In this document: positions 56,724 through 64,000 of the stretch, in pieces
Layout: each line of letters begins with the position of its first letter
How positions within the stretch are numbered: position 1 is the first letter of the stretch
DNA from: Pavona decussata
Taxonomy: Eukaryota
DNA: 64,000 nucleotides
Direction of reading: 5' to 3'
Assembly (NCBI GenBank): GCA_977016875.1
Contig: CDRNST010000382.1
Location: 1,612,001-1,676,000, forward strand
Translations under genes and position numbers: made by a program
Notes under the pieces: model-generated
Database searches by the model: none
What the model saw: the letters and a program-made list of their open reading frames with translations, nothing else
What the model was told of the DNA's origin: nothing

Positions 56724-59718
56724 ATGACTAATCAAATTGCGCGTGTCAACTGGAATCGTGGCCAGTACTCTGATGTTTTTCGGTCAGCCATAGTAGATCC
56801 GTCACCACTGAAAGAGGGCCAGAAAATTCGTGTTATCTGGGGGAAAGGAAAGAAGGAACACTCAGCAACTTTAAGATGGTATCCTGTCATCGAGGAACCT
56901 GCACAAGAACCGAACACTGAAAACGATCTGCAGCCACGCCAACAAGCAAAAGCAAAACGAAAACTGGTAAGTAATTTTTTGATTTGTCTTACAGTTATCG
57001 GGTCTTAGGTTTTCTATTTTCACAGAAAAAATAACAAGTACAGGAGCAAACACTGTCGCGTAAATTTTATGTGCGTACACTGATCAACTTTTTACGTTTA
57101 CGCACGCGGCTCATACATCCATTCTTATTTTATTTACGTACGTAAAGCCAGCTAAATTCACGTCTGTACGCACGTAAAATTTACGCGACAATGGAAATCC
57201 ACTTTTATTCTATTTACGTACGTAAAGCCAGCTAAATTCACTTCTGTACGCACGTTAAATTTACGCGACAGTGGAAATTCACCTTTATTCTATTTACGTA
57301 CGTAAATCCAGCTAAATTCACTTCTGTACGCACGATAAATTTACGCGACAGTGGAAATCCACCTTTATTCTATTTACGTACGTAAAGCCAGCTAAATTCA
57401 CGTCTATACGCACGTTAAATTTACGCGACAGTGGAAATCCACCTTTATTCTATTTACGTACGTAAAGCCAGCTAAATTCACGCCTGTACGCACGTTAAAT
57501 TTACGCGACAGTGGAAATCCACCTTTATTCTATTTACGTACGTAAAGCCAGCTAAATTCACGTCTGTACGCACGTTAAATTTACGCGACAGTGGAAATCC
57601 ACCTTTATTCTATTTACGTACGTAAAGCCAGCTAAATTCACGTCTGTACGCACGTTAAATTTACGCGACAGTGGAAATCCACCTTAACACAATCTTGAAA
57701 AACAAATGTGAAGGTGGATTTCCACTGTCGCGTAAATTTAACGTGCGTACAGACGTTTCATAAGATTCTCTTTTCATTCAGAAGAAGGGCAATTGACTTA
57801 ACTAAAAAAATTAAATATGGTTTGATGGAAAGTTAAAAGATACTTAGCATAGACAAAAATATTGTTTGTGAGCGTCAACTTGCGTGCCGCGCGCGCGCGT
57901 GGCCGGTTCTTCGGTCCATTGTGTTTATCATACGTATTGTCTATTACAACTGTAACTGATTGTATACGCAAGACGATTGGGGAGACGGACATGTTTGAGA
58001 CAAATTTCTTGATCTTTTCTCGGCTTGAGATGAGCTGTATAATCTATTTCTGTTGCGGAGCGCAAACACTTTTAATGAAACGATGTGACTTTGACTTGGA
58101 ACGAAATGACCATGGGACGAAACAACTGGATACGCCCGCTTTAAGTCTTATGCCCCATTCACACCAAAGCTTTAACACGTTTAAAAGCTGCTTAGTTTAA
58201 CACAGTTTAAAATTGTTTCCTTCATAAAAGCTGCTTTCAGATTTTTGTCGACTATTGATTTAGTACAAATGAAAGCATAACTTAAAAGTTTACTTGAATC
58301 CCATGTCAAAGCTAATGGTTCAGCCGCTTTCTGTTACCAATTTTCAGTTTGTTAAACCTGGTTTAATTAAACATGTTTTGTTGGTTTGAATGGGGCTTAA
58401 GTTTTGGAGACACACATCAGCTTTAAACTTACCTTTCTCATTTGGTTGTCATCGTTAGATCTTAGATGCTGTCCAGTCCCCTGACCGAACAAAAAAAAGC
58501 CCGGAAAGCAGAAAACATCAAGGCGAAGCGAAAACCAGCGGAAAAACCAAAAGGAAAGGTATGACTGTATTTAAGTATTTATTGCCCATGATAGTTGAAA
58601 GATCAGTTTGAAAACTGTGTGTTACACGTACACCGGATCAAGCTCATTCTGCGATAACTTTGATATTGAAGGCTCCGTGCATAACTGACTTAGTTCGCAT
58701 TTGAGATTGGTTTGTTGTTTTATCTCAGATTTACAAAAGGTTTTGCACGAACTCAATACTATTGAAAATTATAATTCATTCATCAGATTGGCACCAAGAT
58801 TCTTCTTGTAATAAATCCGGCACGAAGTAATAGGTTGCCATGATTTGCCATCAGTGCGTGCATGACTTTGTCTGTACTTTTATTTCCCATTCATCATGTA
58901 TGTACGTACGTGTTCTTATTTTGTTTTAATTTCCATAGATTCTCTTTACTGCGTCACCCAGCAAGCTGAAAGAAACACCGGAGGACTCATCGTCAGAGAG
59001 TGAAGATGATTTGCCACTAAGCTCAGCCATACTAACATCTCCCCAGAAGCCCACCCCAGAATCCAGCGTTTGAGGATTAATAGATAAGGCAATACACTCA
59101 CTGGATAAAACAAATGCGGTTAGTTCTTTTAGTTTTGTTCAGTTTACGGAATCAAGCATGTTTAATTTCCTATAAGTGTAAATGGACCAAAGGAGCTTGT
59201 ATGGCTCCAGTTCAAATCTACTTCGGGGCATCAGACCATCCAGCACCAAACTGACTGATTTACAACAAAGTTTAGCTCTGTTAAGGCCAATTTTTCCAAT
59301 TTTGTTAAAAAAAAAAAAACATACATGCCATGACCTGTTATTGATTATAGTGTTCTCTTGCTTCAGGTTGCCCAGACTGACTACAATGAAGCAGTGACGG
59401 AGCTACGTTTACTCCGGGGAATCCTGGAATGGTTGGAGTGCCAATTCGCCAGCCAAGAGGCATTACTACACAAGATGTTCGGGATGATGACAGCAAGCCA
59501 GTCACAGCAGTCCCTGAGCCGACACGTGCATCCCCAGTTCTCTTCTCCTGAAATCCACTCCCGGCAAAGTTCGTTTGAGCTACCATTTACTCCACTGCAG
59601 AGGACGAATTCTCAACCTGAGGCTGTTGCTGTCCCCCAGATATCTTCCTTGGTAAACCCCGACAGCATGCTTGACCACATAGATGATCTCATCCGTCAAT
59701 CGGAGCAGAGTTTCTCAG
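56724..59718 (+). pseudogene. Multi-exon uncharacterised gene (exons 56724-56966, 58459-58558, 58939-59118, 59367-59718), degenerate
   Basis: GT/AG boundaries with pyrimidine tracts and mostly phase 0. +1 in an A-run in exon 2 and TGA in exon 3. Confidence 0.55.
57125..57756. repeat. 80-bp tandem array (7 units) of a MITE end, plus an inverted copy
   Basis: TTACGCGACA at 57181, 57261, 57341, 57421, 57501, 57581 and 57661. Inverted copy at 57711-57756. Confidence 0.93.
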
Positions 59719-59879
59719 GTACAACTATGTCAGTTTAGTTTACTAGCGATAAACGTGACCTAATACTTAGCGGGAATTTACGTGTTAATTAGGGTTTCAG
59801 GAAACAACTCATCATACAAAATTTGCTCGGTTTATTGCGTTTCGTTATAAGTCGCATCACTTTAGGCAACTTTTTATTA

Positions 59880-60810
59880 CGATACTCAAAATTTACGATT
59901 TTGGACATTTCTTGGGCATTTTGACTATTACTATATGATACTACATTACAAAACAAGAAAGAAGCATACTTAACTATAGTTACTTACACAACAAACTAGC
60001 TACACAACTTGCAATACAGCTAACACCGGTACTAACAATTATATCGTTACTTGCAATACGATACTAATTACTTACAATACTTACATACTTACAACTGACG
60101 TACTAACGATGTTTACAATACTTATGATGCTTTTAAAACTACAAACTTAAGCAACAAATTACACAATTACACATTACTTGCTGGCACATGGCAGCCTTGC
60201 AAAGCAATATAGCAAAAAAAAACTAAAATTAAAAGGCTCAAAGACTTATTTGCAACTAAGATTTGTTTTTCAATTTCAATGTGACTCTTTAATATAGCAC
60301 AATAGGCTTCCCAGATATACTCTTCTTCTCTTCGTGACGCAGTATACATGTAGTATTTGGCAATAATTAAACAGAGGTTCAAGCCAAGACGACGAGATAG
60401 ATCCCTAGTGAATCTCTATATATTATTTCTTGTTCTGATAAGGTGATTGACTTTAGGGTTTTTCCCTTCCACCAGAGGGAAAATTGCGTCCAAAAAGTCT
60501 GCACAAAAGGGCAAGTTACGAAAAGGTGTTTCAATGTTTGTTTCTCGTTACAAAGGTGGCATTGCTCTTTTGAAACAAGCAAATCCCAGAAAAGAGTGGC
60601 ATTAGTTGGTAAAATATGATGAATGATCTTAGACTGAAAGATAGCAAGTCTAATGTCTTTAGTAACTTTGAAGGGAATGCTGAAAGCGAGTTGTATCGAT
60701 TCTTTGTCCAAGTTAGCCTGTTTCATCCTCCTCTCTGCTGTAGGTCTTTCAAATTTCTTTTGCAAAAACATTTGGTTTGCAACTTTGCAAGAAATTTTGT
60801 TATTGAACAA
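59880..60810 (-). mobile_element. L1-like 3' fragment (same family as 51960-52523)
   Basis: PTAERRMKQANLD..IPFKVTKDIRLAI..HHILPTNATLF..CHLC. Confidence 0.85.
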
Positions 60811-62634
60811 TGCTAAGATAAGTGTTTATTTACGACTAGGGAACTGATGTGCTTATTGACATTTAGTCAAGTTAAAAAAAAAAAAGGAAGATGTAGTAAC
60901 ATGAAGTCCTAACTGACCGCTGACCGGCAAGCGATTGGGGGGGTTGCTTGTGCAGGCGGTATGAGTCGATCATATTAAATCATGTTGTGTTTTCGTCTGT
61001 GGTCTTGGTACTTTTCAGGACTCAACAGTGTCACAGAAAACAAACTGTTTGGTAAGACTACCGTACTTACAGTGTATAAGCAGTTTTCTTTTTTATTTAT
61101 TAATATTTTCTAGTTACATGATCAGTACTCTATGTTCTGCGACCAACTGAATTGTCCAAAGCATAGAAACTATATAGTGTATAGCTTCAATTTATAAACA
61201 AACCTACATGCATTAACTTTAACCATTGTTTGTGATTGTTTTAAATTTTATTCTCTGCTTAAGCTCGTGCTAAAACAACTGGGTTGCTATTTATTTATGT
61301 GGGAGCTGTTTATTCCTCTTTTTTTATATCTTTGACTGGTGCCATATGAAAGTGAGTGGGAAAGTTTCTCTTGTCAACCCTGAGCAACCACCCATCAACA
61401 AGATAGCAGGTGATCAAGAGTCCTTAAAGTCCTTCCATCGGAAAGCGGATGATCTTGTCACTGGAAAATGCCTGACTTGGGTCACAACTGGCAAAGAAAG
61501 GCCGGGAACGCTTTCATCAATTGTTGCTGTGAAAACCATCCCTATATTAAATTTGGGAAGGTTCTCCACTTCACTCGTCAAAAGGAAAGAAATAACTGGG
61601 TAGAAATTGCATGTGTGCTTATATTTTCGCTCCAGACCAAAGACAAGGAGAGCAGTCTTTGGTGGGTCAATACATAAAGGTTCACTGAAACAGTGGTCCC
61701 AGTTTCTCAGATATCCAAACCACTTGTAACAGCAAAGGATGACGAAGACAATAACAAATTGTGGATCTTAAATTACAGAAAAAGCAAGCTAGATGTATCT
61801 AGCTAGATAACACTCAGTTCAGTAAATTATCATACAATAATATTCACTTGCGAGCCAACATAAGCATTCTAGCTTTTTCAGGGTCTGTTTGGCACACTAT
61901 ATTCATGCAAGCTATCGCTTCAGAAGAGAAACGTTTTGATGACTTAGTAGGTATTGTATACAGAGTATGGTTTAACATTCGTATACAGGGTTTGACATCT
62001 CCACTAGCTAAGAAGCCCAAGGCGATCAGAAAAGAAACCCAACTGGGCTAGTGAATATTGATTGACTTACTGGTAGATTCACTAGTTGTTTACCATTTAC
62101 ATGGGCAAACTTGTCAGTTCATGGTATAAAAAATGGTAAACAAAACTTAGGACTAGTAAATTTTGCTGCAGAATCGCATTGAACATTTCCATAAACCTGT
62201 CCCATTTACAGAACGGCCACAAAAGCCTGAAACTGGAAGCAAAAGTGGGTTTCAAGGCAAGGAAAACGAATTTCCGTTTGGAACATTCCAACCAGGAAAA
62301 TAGGACAACCTTTTCAGACGTTCTGTTGCTGCCAGAAATAGATTGATTTAGCAACAGATTGACGACGTCATTAAGGACGGCGCGTGCAGAGGTAAAAGCC
62401 AAGAAAGGCTAAGTCCAGAAACCCGTCGTGTTGTCAATTTTGAAGTGATTTAGCATCTACAGGGCAACTTTCGGTTGCTGTCTGTCTTTATTCTCGAACA
62501 TTGATTGCTCTTTTATTTTTTCTTTGTTAATTGTTAGTGCAGTAAGTAAATTTTTAAAGTGGCAGTTACCTTCTGGGATGCAAATGTTTATTTGAAGAAG
62601 AAATTACAATTTCTTCGTTCCCAGTTACGATAGT

Positions 62635-63420
62635 TGTGACTATCAGATTTTAGGTTCTTATGACAGATTAGTCTTATCAGACTCGAAGATCTACACATAA
62701 GCTTTTCCCTCTTGTAAACAAAACACTTCTACTGGCTGTGACTAATAAAGAAGCTTCAAAAGAGAAACATGGTGTCACAAGCAGGATTTTAGAGCCACAG
62801 CTGTTCTAAAAACAGAGGCCAAGAGATTCGCCACCACGCCTGGAATGAGCGACAACAAAGGAGAAACGCAACGGACTTCTCAGACGACCAGCAGCACCAA
62901 CAGGACATTGACAGCAAGCATGGCTTACGCAAGAAGCGCCATTACCATTCCACAGCCTATGAAGATGAAAGGGGGTTTAGCACTAAACTGGTCAATATTT
63001 TGACAGCAATACAAAGACTAGGAAATAGCAACGAAACTGGACAAGGAAACGCAACCAATACGAGTCGCTACACTGAAATTGGTCATGGGGAGAGCGACAC
63101 TCCAAATTTTCAAGCATTTGGACATCCCTTCCAAAGCAAGAGAAAATACGACACAAATACTGGATCCACTAGAAGCACATTTTTCCCCATCAAGAAATGT
63201 TATCTATGAGTGTTTCGTATTTCACAGCACCAACCAAGGAGAAACAGAGACGATCGATCAATATCTGACAAAGCACCATTAACTAGCACCAACTTGTAAT
63301 TTTGGCACACTTACCGAAGAGATGATAAGGGATCGCATCGTGTTAGGCACAAATAACGCTGGACTACAAGGCCGATTGCTGAGAGAATCTAAACTAACCC
63401 TGAAGAGTCCCGTGGGCATG
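62635..63420 (+). mobile_element. Gypsy 5' LTR, PBS and degenerate gag
   Basis: Putative LTR TGT..ACA at 62635-62770 with AATAAA. PBS TGGTGTCA at 62771. Gag motifs RNVIYE.F.F..Q..ETIDQY and CNFG..MIRDRIVLG. Confidence 0.75.
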
Positions 63421-63431
63421 TACATGCGATA

Positions 63432-63898
63432 ACATTTCAGAGTGTTGTTATTCCAAATGGTTTGATTGCGAATTTGAGTGGCCCATTTGAGGGTAAACGA
63501 CATGACAGTACAATGCTAAATCAGTCTGGTTTGCTGAATGATATCCGACGAATTGCATTTTAAAATGGTGAGCCTCTTTGTCTATATGGAGACCGGCCTA
63601 TCCTCCTGGTGTTCACCTTCAGGGCCCATACAGGAATCCCAACATCAGTCCTGAACAGATGTAATACAATCAGGCTATGAGTGAAGTAAGGGTTTCTGTG
63701 GAGTGGTTGTTTGGCAACATTACCAATTATTTTAAGTTTATTGATTTCAAGAGGCAAATGACGATCAATTTAAGTGCAGTCGGAAAGATGTATGTTGTTT
63801 GCATGCTCTTGGAAAACGCCCATACTTGCCTTTGCGGTAACTTGGTATCTGAAAAGTTTGACTTACAACCTCCCTCTTCACAAGAATATTTTTGGTGA
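63432..63898 (+). pseudogene. Harbinger-type transposase C-terminal fragment
   Basis: FQSVVIPNGLIANLSGPFEGKRHDS, LYGD, MSEVRVSVEWLFG. Confidence 0.85.
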
Positions 63899-64000
63899 AC
63901 ATTGTAATGTAGTAATGTAGTAGTAATGTTAAGTTATGTTACATTTGCTATTTGAAGGGAAGGTGATTGAAGGGTTTTAAGCAAGAGAGACGTGAATTAC

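Noticed and set aside
57125-57690. CRISPR-like array
   Set aside because: A plain 80-bp tandem repeat without spacers.
60876-61030. Polypurine tract plus LTR start (GGAAGA|TGTAGT)
   Set aside because: Plausible, but no partner LTR, defined end or coding remnant supports it.
54201-61063. Element bounded by GGTAGCCATAC and GTAAGACTACC
   Set aside because: Only a 9/11 inverted match and no target duplication.

Overview
AT-rich eukaryotic DNA made almost entirely of nested, mostly decayed transposable elements. The repeat families suggest a stony coral or other cnidarian (inference). I found no conventional host gene. The best-preserved structure is two tyrosine-recombinase (YR, DIRS-order) retrotransposons, one inside the other (18596-29878). 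The outer element is Ngaro-like: gag is followed in frame by RT/RNase H across a UGA-CUAG stop, and the YR begins behind a splice acceptor. It is interrupted inside RNase H by an apparently intact 6.7 kb ALOG-domain element with split direct repeats (21511-28232). That inner element has three notable features. (1) One 50-codon leader exon is in phase with three separate splice acceptors in front of gag, pol and YR, and each ORF is followed by its own poly(A) signal. (2) Its B1/A2 junction is a 28-bp 11-6-11 inverted-repeat site with dif-like geometry, and the host junctions cross over at the edge of the spacer. (3) Its first putative intron holds a 69-bp hairpin-unit tandem array. The rest of the window has Gypsy, Penelope, piggyBac-like, Academ, pogo, Merlin, Ginger-like, L1/Tx1, L2-like, MULE, Harbinger and Tc1 remnants, several MITEs, a tRNA-like repeat and minisatellites. 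All calls come from reading motifs by eye. No searches were run.
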